55,853 bases of DNA from the NCBI GenBank assembly GCA_038259265.1, contig JBBSOY010000003.1, positions 1 to 55,853 on the forward strand, written 5' to 3'. Under the pieces are notes generated by a model. It had not been told where the DNA came from. It saw only the letters and a program-made list of their open reading frames with translations, and did no database searches. Source of the stretch: Minisyncoccia bacterium. Lineage in GTDB: Bacteria; Patescibacteriota; Minisyncoccia; Phycocordibacterales; DATGWK01. Shown piece after piece: positions 10,463 to 19,869 of the stretch; the first letter of the stretch is position 1, and each line of letters begins with the position of its first letter. Both the position numbers and the translations under genes were made by a program.

Positions 10463-10759
10463 CTACAAGGAAGGACTTATGTAGTCTGGAGCACCGATAC
10501 CAAAAGTCGACAAAATAACCTTTATAATGCCGTACACGCCGACCATAATAAACATCCCTATAATTCCCCACAACATATTCCTCTTGCCGGTTTCTCGACC
10601 GTCTTCACTCCCCGCCTTGTAGATAAACTCGACAAGACCCCAAAAAAAAGTAATGAGTGCAACCGCAAACATCAGAACAATGATTGGATTCAGGATAAAT
10701 TGATTAACCTTATTCAGGAATGAATGAATGTTAAGAGGTGTGCCGGTGGGTAATGACAT
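10463..10759 (-). CDS. VirB2/TrbC-like (T4SS-type) pilin 7, no obvious signal peptide
   Basis: Two hydrophobic helices joined by a charged loop (FFWGLVEFIYKAGSEDGRETGKRNMLWGIIG). Confidence 0.8.
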   Translation of the reverse strand: MSLPTGTPLNIHSFLNKVNQFILNPIIVLMFAVALITFFWGLVEFIYKAGSEDGRETGKRNMLWGIIGMFIMVGVYGIIKVILSTFGIGAPDYISPSL

Positions 10760-10764
10760 GAACT

Positions 10765-11118
10765 TTACGGTCTGATTTCAACGCCAGGAATATCCTGTTT
10801 GCCTGGATTATCTGTTTCTATATTGAGCGCGTCCCCAACAAAACCTACAAGACCCCACACAGCGACCATCACAAACAATGCGACAATTCCCCAAATCATT
10901 ATTCGCTTCCCCTCATCTTTTGCCCCCTCATCACCTGAGTTAAGAATGAACTTTGCAAGTCCCCAAAAGAAGTACAGAAGGGCCAACGCGGCTACGATTG
11001 GAATAAGAATGTTAATAATTCGCCCAATTGATTTGGCAAGATTCTCCACCTTTGTAAGCTCTTGAGCAAAAGCCAAAGCTGGTGCAAAAAACAGACTTGC
11101 GATTATAACTTTTTTCAT
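10765..11118 (-). CDS. VirB2/TrbC-like pilin 6
   Basis: Signal peptide MKKVIIASLFFAPALAFA; core FFWGLAKFILNSGDEGAKDEGKRIMIWGIVALFV. Confidence 0.85.
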   Translation of the reverse strand: MKKVIIASLFFAPALAFAQELTKVENLAKSIGRIINILIPIVAALALLYFFWGLAKFILNSGDEGAKDEGKRIMIWGIVALFVMVAVWGLVGFVGDALNIETDNPGKQDIPGVEIRP

Positions 11119-11258
11119 TTATTTTTTACAAAACTAATAAATTAGTAAACGTGTAATTTACATTTTTACATCTACATCGTTATTATTTTACCACCTGGAT
11201 TTAACAGTAACAATGCTGCTGTGCACAAATTTTGTCGGCTTCAAGATATTCCCTCTGT

Positions 11259-11597
11259 TTAGAAATCGTGAAAAAGTAACCTTGGAATACCATCTATTTC
11301 AAATTCATTTCTGATGAAAGCCACAATGCCCCAAATTGAAAAGATCACAAACAATGCGACAATTCCCCATTTCATTACTTCTTTGCCTTCTTCACGACCG
11401 CTTTCATCGCCGGCATGAAGGATAAACTTGGCCATACCCCAGAAGAAAAACAGGAGTGCGGCGGCAAAAGCAATTTGGGTTAGCAATTGAATTATACTGC
11501 CTATATCTTGGATATAGCCCTTAACGCCTTCGGCCTGGGCAAAGGTTACCAATGGTAAAAACGCCAAGAAAAAGCCAATGGATCTGATTTTTTGCAT
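11259..11597 (-). CDS. VirB2/TrbC-like pilin 5
   Basis: Signal peptide ending TFA-Q; core FFWGMAKFILHAGDESGREEGKEVMKWGIVALFV. Alternative start at 11612. Confidence 0.85.
   Translation of the reverse strand: MQKIRSIGFFLAFLPLVTFAQAEGVKGYIQDIGSIIQLLTQIAFAAALLFFFWGMAKFILHAGDESGREEGKEVMKWGIVALFVIFSIWGIVAFIRNEFEIDGIPRLLFHDF
11313..11508. repeat. pilin core repeat copy A (196 bp)
   Basis: Matches 11723-11918 except at 11342/11752 and 11400/11810. Confidence 0.95.
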
Positions 11598-11605
11598 ACG
11601 AGGGT

Positions 11606-12016
11606 TTAGCATCGTCGCTGACCTGGCAGACAAGTATCGTCAGGTAGAGGAGCACCAGGAGAATTATCGTTCCAGAAATCGTTCGGTGCTGTTGAATAAC
11701 CACCGGGGAGTAAGTCGTCCTGGATGAAAGCCACAATGCCCCAAATTGAAACGATCACAAACAATGCGACAATTCCCCATTTCATTACTTCTTTGCCTTC
11801 TTCACGACCTCTTTCATCGCCGGCATGAAGGATAAACTTGGCCATACCCCAGAAGAAAAACAGGAGTGCGGCGGCAAAAGCAATTTGGGTTAGCAATTGA
11901 ATTATACTGCCTATATCTCCAATTAATCCCTTAGTGCCGTCAAAAGCGCCAATCGCAATACGGGGCACAAAGAGCACTATTCCAAAAAACACAAGAGTGA
12001 TGAATGCTTTTTTCAT
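11606..12016 (-). CDS. VirB2/TrbC-like pilin 4
   Basis: Signal peptide, the same core as pilin 5, and a unique Pro/Cys C-terminal tail. Confidence 0.85.
   Translation of the reverse strand: MKKAFITLVFFGIVLFVPRIAIGAFDGTKGLIGDIGSIIQLLTQIAFAAALLFFFWGMAKFILHAGDERGREEGKEVMKWGIVALFVIVSIWGIVAFIQDDLLPGGYSTAPNDFWNDNSPGAPLPDDTCLPGQRRC
11723..11918. repeat. pilin core repeat copy B (196 bp)
   Basis: Direct repeat of 11313-11508 at a 410-bp offset, with 2 mismatches. Confidence 0.95.
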
Positions 12017-12058
12017 TATTTTATATTCTACTAATAATACGTTTTTACAGATTGTTTA

Positions 12059-12427
12059 TTACTCAGGCAATATTGGCAAATGTCCCGGTGAAATATTGAA
12101 AAATTCTCCACTAAGAAAAATAATAATCGCGTCTATCGAAACAAGAACAAACAATGCGACAATTCCCCATTTCATTACTTCTTTGCCTTCTTCACGACCG
12201 CTTTCATCGCCGGCATGAAGGATAAACTTTGCTAAACCCCAAACAAAAACAAGTGATGCAAGGGCCATGACAATTGGTATTGCCGTCGAAATTAGATCAA
12301 CAAAGATACACACAATACCGGTAAAATTTTCTGTTGAACCGCCGACACTGCATACAGCGGCAAACGTATGCTGTGGCATCAAAAACGCTGCAATTATTAT
12401 CAATACGCTCGGAATAATTTTTTTCAT
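12059..12427 (-). CDS. VirB2/TrbC-like pilin 3
   Basis: Signal peptide MKKIIPSVLIIIAAFLMPQHTFA, a Cys pair, and the shared KFILHAGDESGREEGKEVMKWGIVALFV core. Confidence 0.85.
   Translation of the reverse strand: MKKIIPSVLIIIAAFLMPQHTFAAVCSVGGSTENFTGIVCIFVDLISTAIPIVMALASLVFVWGLAKFILHAGDESGREEGKEVMKWGIVALFVLVSIDAIIIFLSGEFFNISPGHLPILPE
12147..12229. repeat. pilin core repeat copy C (83 bp)
   Basis: Identical to 11347-11429. Confidence 0.95.
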
Positions 12428-12431
12428 ATTT

Positions 12432-12812
12432 TTAATGACAATATATGAGCGCTGGGGCAATCTGACAAAGAGTGCCCTTAATTGCCTCAGAAATAGCAAC
12501 CGAACCAAGCAAAATTGCTGAGCCAACTATGACCCACTTGAAAATATCTTTGGCTTTTTCAAGCTGACTTTAATTTCCACGGGCCGTCACAAAAAGAAAC
12601 CCAGAATAAATAATGAAGAACACAATAACCACAGCACCGATAGGCAAAACAATTTCATTTAAAATAATTGTGACGATATCAAAAAGACTATTGACGTCGT
12701 TCCCCAGAGGGTTTGGTAATTTAGTGTTCGGTCCAATCGGAACTTCCCCAATTTGAGCAAAACTAATGATAGGTAAAATAAAGGAAATTAAGAGTAGATA
12801 TACGTGTTTCAA
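12432..12812 (-). pseudogene. VirB2/TrbC-like pilin 2 interrupted by an in-frame TAA at 12570-12572
   Basis: Reading through the stop gives ...FLFVTARGN*SQLEKAKDIFKWVIVGSAILLGSVAISEAIKGTLCQIAPALIYCH*, a complete pilin of about 126 aa. Confidence 0.85.
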
Positions 12813-12863
12813 TTTTTTAAGTTTTTAACTATTCGTTCTTTAAATTGTATCAAATTACCATCC

Positions 12864-13370
12864 TTACACAATTTGGTTCTCCGACAACGTGGATGAAGAT
12901 GGCGTCTGACCTAAAAGATTTTTAAAACCATCTCCCCTAAGCAAGGTTTTAGTGATAAGGAAGACGATAAGCCAGGCCGAAAGCACGAACATGAAGCCAA
13001 TCAAGACCTTAACAAAAATTTCTTTAGCCTGATCGATTTGCCCCGAACTGCCACCAGCAGTAATCATGAGCCAGCCAGCCCAGGCAAAAGCAATTGCCGC
13101 CATCGGTATTGAAAGAAGGATCAAAAAATTCATAAAATTCGAAACGAGTTGCACAAGCTCAGGGTATCCACAACCCTTGTCGGTCGTCGTGCCGGTTTGT
13201 GAAGTTCCTGTGCGTTCAAGCTTTGGCCCATCACACGGAATACCGATGGTTTTTTCAGATGTTTGCTGACTCACCTGTGCAAGCACAAAAACAGGCGAAA
13301 CTACGCTTGCAACAAACACAGCAACAAGGAAAAAAAGTTTTATCTGGTTTTTTGAAATTAGTACTTTCAT
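12864..13370 (-). CDS. VirB2/TrbC-like pilin 1
   Basis: Signal peptide ending VLA-Q, Cys-loop PCDG..GCGY, core AFAWAGWLMITAGGSSGQIDQAKEIF..IGF...LSAWLIV. Confidence 0.85.
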   Translation of the reverse strand: MKVLISKNQIKLFFLVAVFVASVVSPVFVLAQVSQQTSEKTIGIPCDGPKLERTGTSQTGTTTDKGCGYPELVQLVSNFMNFLILLSIPMAAIAFAWAGWLMITAGGSSGQIDQAKEIFVKVLIGFMFVLSAWLIVFLITKTLLRGDGFKNLLGQTPSSSTLSENQIV

Positions 13371-13420
13371 TTTTGATGGAATACTACTAGTGTAGTGTTT
13401 GTTTGTATATCTGCAAAACA

Positions 13421-14719
13421 CTATCTCCTCACAGCAGCTTCAAGCTGTTGGTTGGTTCGAGACAAAACCTGGGACACACTTGCTCGACCAGCAGTAAGCG
13501 ACTCAACCATTTCCCGAAAAATTGGGTTAAGAACCATCGGTTCAGGCGACAACCACGACCTCGACTGAACAGCACCATCATAAAAAAAAGACAAATATGC
13601 TTCAGATGGTCGAGCGGCGAGCAGGTCACGCCGAACTGGCGGCAAATTTGTAACCGAGGACATGGTCTGAATACTTGCTGAGCTTGTGAGAGTTGCTGCG
13701 GCTTGAAGTGCACCGGCAACGTTTTTAGAATTTTTTGGAACTGCCAGACCAATCATTCGTCCATATGTAATAATTTTATTGGCATCTTTCGACTGCGGCA
13801 TAGCAGTAATGTCGAAATTAAGATTTGGATTTTTCAAACGAATGTCTGCAAGCTCGGACGCAAAACCAAAATATAAAGCCAAGTCACCGGAAAGAAAAAG
13901 GGTTTTTGATGGCAACAATGATCGATTCCAAGAATAAAAGGGTTTTAGTGGATTAGAAAATTCAGTATAGAAGTTCAGCGCGTTTTCAGACGGAGGTATT
14001 GGGAAATTCAAGCGCTCATTAAAAAAAGTGCCTACGCTACCGTCATTATTTCTGATGGTGATTGGGTTACCCGCTTGCATAATAAGCAAACTCAGAATTT
14101 CATTTGCATTTGTTACATTACCATATTCCCCGAGCGCAATGGCACTTTTTGTTACATTTAAATTTATATCTTTTACAGTGAGCTTTGTAGACAAACCATA
14201 CATTTCTGTCCAGAATTTTGGTGGAACACTTAAACCAGCATTTGAAAATATATCTCGGTTCCAATACATGATCATTGGATCGATAAGAAACGGTAGACCC
14301 AAAACTCCACTAGGAGTGAGGTACAGTTCCCCTTCTTCAACAAATGTACTTTTAAAGGTTCTTTCGGGGTAGGACTCAAATGGTATTACAAAAATCTTAT
14401 CCTGGTGTTTCAAGATGCTGTCCTGCGGCAGGAAAAAAAGATCGGGGCCAACACCAGATGCGAGCGCCTCGATAAATTCTTGGTCAAAGGTCTCCTTTCG
14501 CTTCTCAACGTACGTAATAACGAGTGTTTTGTCATCTGAAATACCAGATTCATTCATAAATCTATCGAAAAGACCAGCATTCATCGTACCCCAGAGCGTC
14601 ACTCGGGCCGTTTCGTTTGAATTCGAACTTTGACCAAAAGAAAAAATGAGCACGCCGATCAGAATAAAAGCGCCGAAGATGCCGGTGAGGATTAACTGAA
14701 ATTTGCTCATGCCTTTCAT
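13421..14719 (-). CDS. membrane-anchored extracellular solute-binding protein (sugar-type SBP fold)
   Basis: N-terminal TM helix; VTLWG, ALASGVGPDLF, GLPFLIDPMIMYWNRDIF and FLSGDLALYFG motifs of SBP family 1. Confidence 0.88.
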   Translation of the reverse strand: MKGMSKFQLILTGIFGAFILIGVLIFSFGQSSNSNETARVTLWGTMNAGLFDRFMNESGISDDKTLVITYVEKRKETFDQEFIEALASGVGPDLFFLPQDSILKHQDKIFVIPFESYPERTFKSTFVEEGELYLTPSGVLGLPFLIDPMIMYWNRDIFSNAGLSVPPKFWTEMYGLSTKLTVKDINLNVTKSAIALGEYGNVTNANEILSLLIMQAGNPITIRNNDGSVGTFFNERLNFPIPPSENALNFYTEFSNPLKPFYSWNRSLLPSKTLFLSGDLALYFGFASELADIRLKNPNLNFDITAMPQSKDANKIITYGRMIGLAVPKNSKNVAGALQAAATLTSSASIQTMSSVTNLPPVRRDLLAARPSEAYLSFFYDGAVQSRSWLSPEPMVLNPIFREMVESLTAGRASVSQVLSRTNQQLEAAVRR

Positions 14720-14801
14720 ATGTTTTGACGCGATCGTCGTTTAGAGACGTTCAACTTGTTTTATTCTACTACACTTTTTATAACTTTTTACGCACGCGTG
14801 T

Positions 14802-15329
14802 TTACACTTTTTTGAACACAAAACCATAATGATGCGAACCAGCGGCAATTTCTTTTTCAAACACAAAACCACTTTTTTCAAAAATTGTTCGGCATTTTTG
14901 CTTGGTCAGCACATCTTTTTTGTCCGGACCGATGCCGCCAAATGAGTCAGCCCAATCGATAATCAAAACTTTGCCGGCAACTTTCATCACGCGAGCTGCC
15001 TCGGCGGCAAAAATTTCTTTTTCGACAATTTGGAACAGCACATCCGCGACTATTGCCCGTTCGATAAAATTTTCGCGGAGCTTGCTGCCGCCTGCATGGT
15101 CAAAATCCGCCCAAATAACTTCGAGGTTTGAAACATGAGCCTTTTCTGCCTCGCGTTTGAGCGTGACGAGCAATTCCTTCTGCACATCGAGCGCAAAAAC
15201 TTGGCCAGACTGCCCCACTGCCCGCGCTGCCAAAAATGCATAATGCCCGGCACCGCTTCCAAAGTCCGCCACCTTTTGCCCCGGCGAAAGATCGAACTGG
15301 TTCAGGTTTTTTATAGGATCAGAGAACAC
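14802..15329 (-). CDS. class I SAM-dependent methyltransferase
   Basis: VADFGSGAG motif I, VFALDVQ motif II, GKVLIIDW; GTG start. Confidence 0.88.
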   Translation of the reverse strand: MFSDPIKNLNQFDLSPGQKVADFGSGAGHYAFLAARAVGQSGQVFALDVQKELLVTLKREAEKAHVSNLEVIWADFDHAGGSKLRENFIERAIVADVLFQIVEKEIFAAEAARVMKVAGKVLIIDWADSFGGIGPDKKDVLTKQKCRTIFEKSGFVFEKEIAAGSHHYGFVFKKV

Positions 15330-15404
15330 GATACGTTAATTTTAACCTACACGTATCAACATTTGAAGGGATTACCTCCGCACACCTCTCTTTATATACA
15401 TTAA

Positions 15405-15478
15405 AAAACCGCAATATGTGTCTTGGAGGCGTTTCGCGAAGCGGGGCTCACGCCGGAAAGACACAGGTAGCGGGTTTT
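15405..15478. repeat. structured palindromic element E1, doubling as gyrA terminator
   Basis: Long hairpin; its 39-nt core at 15422-15460 is 33/39 identical to 27335-27373. Confidence 0.8.
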
Positions 15479-15504
15479 ATTAATTTAGAAAAAATCTACT
15501 GACT

Positions 15505-18000
15505 TTAGAAACAAATGAGAGACGCGATCCGATCCTTGTCACGGAGCTTCATGATGCGCACACCCTGAGTCGAGCGGCCGAGAAGTGGAATTTCTTTCAC
15601 ACCGGTTCGAATGACCTGACTTTTCTGAGAAATTGCCACGAGCTCTTCGGTTTCTTCGGTCACGATCATGCCGGAAATAATGTCGCCAGTTTTGTCGGTC
15701 ACTTTTGCAGTTTTGATACCCGAACCACCGCGATTTTGAATTTTATATTCGTCGATTTCTGTACGTTTACCGTATCCGTTGCTACTAATGATGAGGAGAG
15801 ATGGTTTTACATCGTCTTTTGTAACAACCTGCGCGCTCACAATACTGTCGCCGCGGTCGAGCTTCATAGCCCGCACACCACCGGCACCGCGTCCCATTTC
15901 GCGAATATCAGACTCTTTAAAACGAATCGACTGGCCCTGGCTCGTCACGAGCACTGCGCTGCTGCCTTTGGCTACAAACGAAGCAGAAACAAGTTCATCA
16001 CCCTGCTGGAGTTTGATAGCGATCAAACCACTGCGGCGAACGTCGTGGAAACTGGTGGCGGCCACGCGCTTACCCACGCCATTTTTAGTAATCATAAGCA
16101 AAGAAAGCTCAGAGCCTTTGACCGTCTTTGGCATGACAAGAATTGAGGTCACGTTTTCATCTGCTTCGAGCGAAACGAAATTGTTGAGCGACTTGCCTTT
16201 TGTGGCGCGTTTGCCTTCAGGAAGTTCATACATTTTTATCTGAAAAACCTTGCCTTTGTCTGTAAAGAAAAGCACGTCGCTGTGTGTACTGCCGATCATC
16301 AAATGTGTGACGAAATCTTCGTCTTTGGTTTCGAGATCCACCACGCCGACACCGCCGCGTTTTTGTTTGCGGAATTCTTCGGGCTTGGTGCGTTTTACAT
16401 AGCCACCAGCCGTCAGCACGAGGGCATTTTCTTCTTCGGGCACAAGATCTTCGACCGAAAGAATTCGAGCACCTTGCTTCATAATGATCGTACGGCGATC
16501 GTCGCCATATTTTTCGGCGATTTCATTGGTTTCGGTTCGGATGATTTCAAGAATCTTTTTCTCACTACCCAAAATTTCTCGACACTTTTTTATGAAAAGC
16601 TGCACCTCGGCGAGTTCGTCTTCGAGCTTCTTGCGTTCGAGACCGGCGAGTTTTTGCAAACGCATTTCCAAAATCGCGGTCGCCTGAATGGCGCTAAATT
16701 TGAATTGCTTGATCAAATTTGCATGTGCTTCCGGCGTGTCTTTTGAGGCTTTGATGAGTTTGATGATCGCATCGATGTGGTCGAGCGCTTTGGTGAGGCC
16801 GAGCAAAATATGTTCGCGTTCGAGGGCTTTTTTGAGATCGTATTCGGTTCGGCGACGGATCACAGTCTTTCGGTGGCCGATGAATTCAGCCAACATGCTT
16901 TTTATGGAAAGAGTCTGCGGCACGCCGTCTACGAGCGCGACGAGATTGTAATGAAATGTTTCTTCGAGCTGGGTATGTTTATAGAGCGCGTTTAAAACTT
17001 TTTGCGGATGGCCGCCGCTTTTGAGGTCGATGACCACGCGAATGTCTTTGGTGGATTCATCTCGCAAACCTTTGATGCCTTCGAGTTTTTTGTCGCGGAC
17101 AAGGTCGGCGATTTTAATGATCAAATCTGATTTATTGACGCGATACGGAATGGCGGTAATGACGATTTGGTTGACGCCGGCTTTTGTTTCAACAATTTCC
17201 GCAATGCCACGACACACAACACCGCCGCGACCAGTCGCCGACGCATGATGAATATCTTTTCGGCTAAATGCGACACCGCCGGTTGGAAAATCAGGACCCT
17301 GAATGAATTCCATCAGGTCTTCGGTGGTGGCTTCAGGGTTATCGAGCAAATGAATGACGGCCTGAGACACTTCGCGCAAATTGTGCGAAGGAATGTTTGT
17401 GGCCATACCAACCGCAATGCCCAGTGTTCCGTTCAAAACGAGGTTTGGTACTGCAGACGGCAAAACGGTTGGTTCCTTTCGGGTACCGTCGTAGTTCGCT
17501 CGCCATTCGACGGTTTCTTTTTCAATATCACGCAAAATTTCGCCAGAAAGCCGAGACATTTTAGCCTCTGTGTATCGCATAGCCGCCGCTGGGTCGCCGT
17601 CGATATTTCCAAAATTACCCTGACCAACAATGAGTGGATAGCGCAATTTAAAATCCTGGGCCATTTGGACCATTGAGTCGTACACCGCAACGTCGCCGTG
17701 CGGATGATAGTTACCGAGCACGTCGCCCACGACGACGGCAGATTTTCGAGTCTTCGCAGAAGCGGTCAACCCTTTTTCAAGCATTGAGTACAGAATGCGA
17801 CGATGGACCGGCTTCAAACCGTCGCGCACGTCGGGCAAGGCACGCGCGGTAATAACTGACATCGCATAGTCGAGATACGAATCCTTCATCTCGGTCGTGA
17901 TGTTTCGAGACACGACGTTTACGTGTGGCAAAATAGGCGAACCAGATTCGCCGTCATTTCCACCAGCACCGCCCTTCGGTTTTTTCGAGTCTTTACTCAT
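15505..18000 (-). CDS. gyrA: DNA gyrase subunit A
   Basis: [29 protein letters not shown] (catalytic Tyr), GyrA-box QKRGGVG and beta-pinwheel repeats. Confidence 0.98.
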   Translation of the reverse strand: MSKDSKKPKGGAGGNDGESGSPILPHVNVVSRNITTEMKDSYLDYAMSVITARALPDVRDGLKPVHRRILYSMLEKGLTASAKTRKSAVVVGDVLGNYHPHGDVAVYDSMVQMAQDFKLRYPLIVGQGNFGNIDGDPAAAMRYTEAKMSRLSGEILRDIEKETVEWRANYDGTRKEPTVLPSAVPNLVLNGTLGIAVGMATNIPSHNLREVSQAVIHLLDNPEATTEDLMEFIQGPDFPTGGVAFSRKDIHHASATGRGGVVCRGIAEIVETKAGVNQIVITAIPYRVNKSDLIIKIADLVRDKKLEGIKGLRDESTKDIRVVIDLKSGGHPQKVLNALYKHTQLEETFHYNLVALVDGVPQTLSIKSMLAEFIGHRKTVIRRRTEYDLKKALEREHILLGLTKALDHIDAIIKLIKASKDTPEAHANLIKQFKFSAIQATAILEMRLQKLAGLERKKLEDELAEVQLFIKKCREILGSEKKILEIIRTETNEIAEKYGDDRRTIIMKQGARILSVEDLVPEEENALVLTAGGYVKRTKPEEFRKQKRGGVGVVDLETKDEDFVTHLMIGSTHSDVLFFTDKGKVFQIKMYELPEGKRATKGKSLNNFVSLEADENVTSILVMPKTVKGSELSLLMITKNGVGKRVAATSFHDVRRSGLIAIKLQQGDELVSASFVAKGSSAVLVTSQGQSIRFKESDIREMGRGAGGVRAMKLDRGDSIVSAQVVTKDDVKPSLLIISSNGYGKRTEIDEYKIQNRGGSGIKTAKVTDKTGDIISGMIVTEETEELVAISQKSQVIRTGVKEIPLLGRSTQGVRIMKLRDKDRIASLICF

Positions 18001-18006
18001 GAGGGT

Positions 18007-18462
18007 CTAATATACCACGGAACTATCGCGGTTTGTAGGTGAGGAATCAGCTCCAGAACGTGGCCCAGATGCGCTCGTTTCGGCCGCTTGAGGTACGATT
18101 TGAATTTGATTTTCGGACTCGTACTGAACCTCTTTAAAATACTGACTGATGGATGCCCATTGAATTTTTACGGTGCTGATAGTTTGGGCCAAATTAACTT
18201 GGAATTTTTGGACGATGCCGGCCTCTGCAACCTGGGCCACCTGACGCTGACCCTGTGTCTGTGTCTGTGTCTGTGTCAGGGTTTGCGTTTGGGAATTTTT
18301 TGAATTGTTGGCCATTACCTCGCCGCGCTGCGGCAGTATACCTGGAAAAATGACCGTCACCCACACACCGAAAATAAGCAGCGTCACCACGAGCGCAGTT
18401 GCAGCCGAAACACCTCGGCGATATGACTCAGATTTATTTCGCAAATTTTCGAGAAAATTCAT
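18007..18462 (-). CDS. hypothetical single-pass membrane protein
   Basis: One TM helix and a Gln/Thr repeat; sits tightly between the MBL-fold gene and gyrA. Confidence 0.7.
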   Translation of the reverse strand: MNFLENLRNKSESYRRGVSAATALVVTLLIFGVWVTVIFPGILPQRGEVMANNSKNSQTQTLTQTQTQTQGQRQVAQVAEAGIVQKFQVNLAQTISTVKIQWASISQYFKEVQYESENQIQIVPQAAETSASGPRSGADSSPTNRDSSVVY

Positions 18463-18505
18463 ATGCGCAACGAAAATATTATTTTAAACTCCTATTTAAT
18501 CTTAT

Positions 18506-19141
18506 TTAAAGCGACGGATTGATGACCACGATGTCTCCTTCTTTGCCTTCAAGGTCCTTGGTCTTTATGGTTAGTTTATCATGCTTCTCGGGCGAATTTT
18601 CACCGCCTTCTTTCAAAAATGTGGCGAGAGCCTTGGCATTGTCGCCGATATCGTAATGCATTGGCACGATGATTTTTGGCTCGAGTGCTACGGCGAATTT
18701 ATAGGCTTCGGCCGGACTCAAAACATCCTCACCAACCGGCACAAACAAAATATCGATCTCTTTTAATTCTTCGAGCACCTTGTTTGGCACTTCGGCAGAA
18801 CTGAGGGCGCCCAAAAAACACAAATTCATATTTTCAAGCGACACGACATAGATGGTATTGAGCCGTTCCTGGCCACCGTAAACTGAATGACTTTTGTAGC
18901 CTCGAATAAAAACACCTTTGGTTTCGTATTCACCGGGACCATTGATAACAAAGGGCATTTTGTCGCCGCGGGATGCGTTTTCGATGCCGTTCAAGTCCAG
19001 ATGGTTTGTACTCACAAGCGCAATATCTGAACCAAAGCTCGTTGATTTGAGTTTTGAGGCTTTCGAAACTGGATTATACGCAATAACAATTTCGCCAAAT
19101 TGGATTTTAAAAGCTTCGCCGCCAAGGTATGAGATGACCAT
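18506..19141 (-). CDS. MBL-fold metallo-hydrolase-like protein
   Basis: ISYLG..FKI, GPGEYE..GVFI.G, IDILFVPVG and EPKIIVPMHY motifs. Confidence 0.85.
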   Translation of the reverse strand: MVISYLGGEAFKIQFGEIVIAYNPVSKASKLKSTSFGSDIALVSTNHLDLNGIENASRGDKMPFVINGPGEYETKGVFIRGYKSHSVYGGQERLNTIYVVSLENMNLCFLGALSSAEVPNKVLEELKEIDILFVPVGEDVLSPAEAYKFAVALEPKIIVPMHYDIGDNAKALATFLKEGGENSPEKHDKLTIKTKDLEGKEGDIVVINPSL

Positions 19142-19209
19142 AGATATTGTAGATATAAGATATAGCGACAGTTACGCAGTTCGGTAATTATTGCACATTT
19201 TTATAAAAT

Positions 19210-19629
19210 CTACAGTGCCTCGATCTTCAGACGTTCGGGTTCGGGTGGTTTTTCAGGCACAATTTCAAAAACCCAGAATCGCGACCAAACAAACGGAATG
19301 TCTCTTTTTTGATACGTAACTTTTACCCGATCGCCTATATGAATGTTTTTTGCCGCCAATTCAGTAGCAAAATAGGACACGTTGCCGACATCGGGTGTTT
19401 CGATGCCGAAAGTATACCCCGCACTGGTTTCGACGCTATTTTGGACACGAAAACCGCGATTTGCTCCGTATGGATACACAAACGACTTTCCGGCAGGTTT
19501 GAATGTACTCGAAACCACAGTACCTGTCGTTTCGCGCATTGGCATCGGCCGCAGAAACGCTACGTAACAAAAGACGATTATCAAAAGGAGAAAACCGATA
19601 TACACAAGCTTAAGTGTGGTGCTGTTCAT
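19210..19629 (-). CDS. hypothetical membrane-anchored protein
   Basis: N-terminal TM helix followed by a beta-rich domain (TGTVV...IGDRVKVTY). Confidence 0.65.
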   Translation of the reverse strand: MNSTTLKLVYIGFLLLIIVFCYVAFLRPMPMRETTGTVVSSTFKPAGKSFVYPYGANRGFRVQNSVETSAGYTFGIETPDVGNVSYFATELAAKNIHIGDRVKVTYQKRDIPFVWSRFWVFEIVPEKPPEPERLKIEAL

Positions 19630-19716
19630 ATTTCAATAGTATACGGCCACTGCTCTGAATGCACAAAGGATGGAACTCCCCGGGTAGCAGACATTCAAAC
19701 CGACCCCTGCTCGACC

Positions 19717-19744
19717 TTTACAAAATCGACCTTTTATCTATAAT
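19717..19744 (+). promoter_or_regulatory. probable rpsA promoter
   Basis: TTTACA-16 nt-TATAAT. Confidence 0.6.
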
Positions 19745-19869
19745 GGCACGACGCATTTATTAATATCGTGCGCCAGAAGCTACCCTTGCGTGCCCTACCC
19801 GCCCCACAGGTACGACCGAGCGAGCCGCAATACTTCTGGCCACACACACCACTGGTGTACTCATATAAC

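Noticed and set aside
11313-12229. Diversity-generating retroelement TR/VR pair
   Set aside because: There are only 2 mismatches, not consistently at adenines of one template copy. All copies lie inside coding pilin cores, and no reverse transcriptase is in the window.
11313-12229. CRISPR array
   Set aside because: The repeats are 83-196 bp coding segments, not short repeats with unique spacers, and there are no cas genes.
12570-12572. Stop-codon reassignment
   Set aside because: TAA terminates most genes in the window, TGA also acts as a stop, and Trp and Gly use standard codons. A single nonsense change is the simpler explanation.
10463-13370. Type IV (PilA-type) pilins or a conjugative element
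   Set aside because: There is no G-FTLIE prepilin motif; the proteins have SPase-I-type leaders and two-helix cores. No relaxase, VirB4, coupling protein or integrase is nearby.
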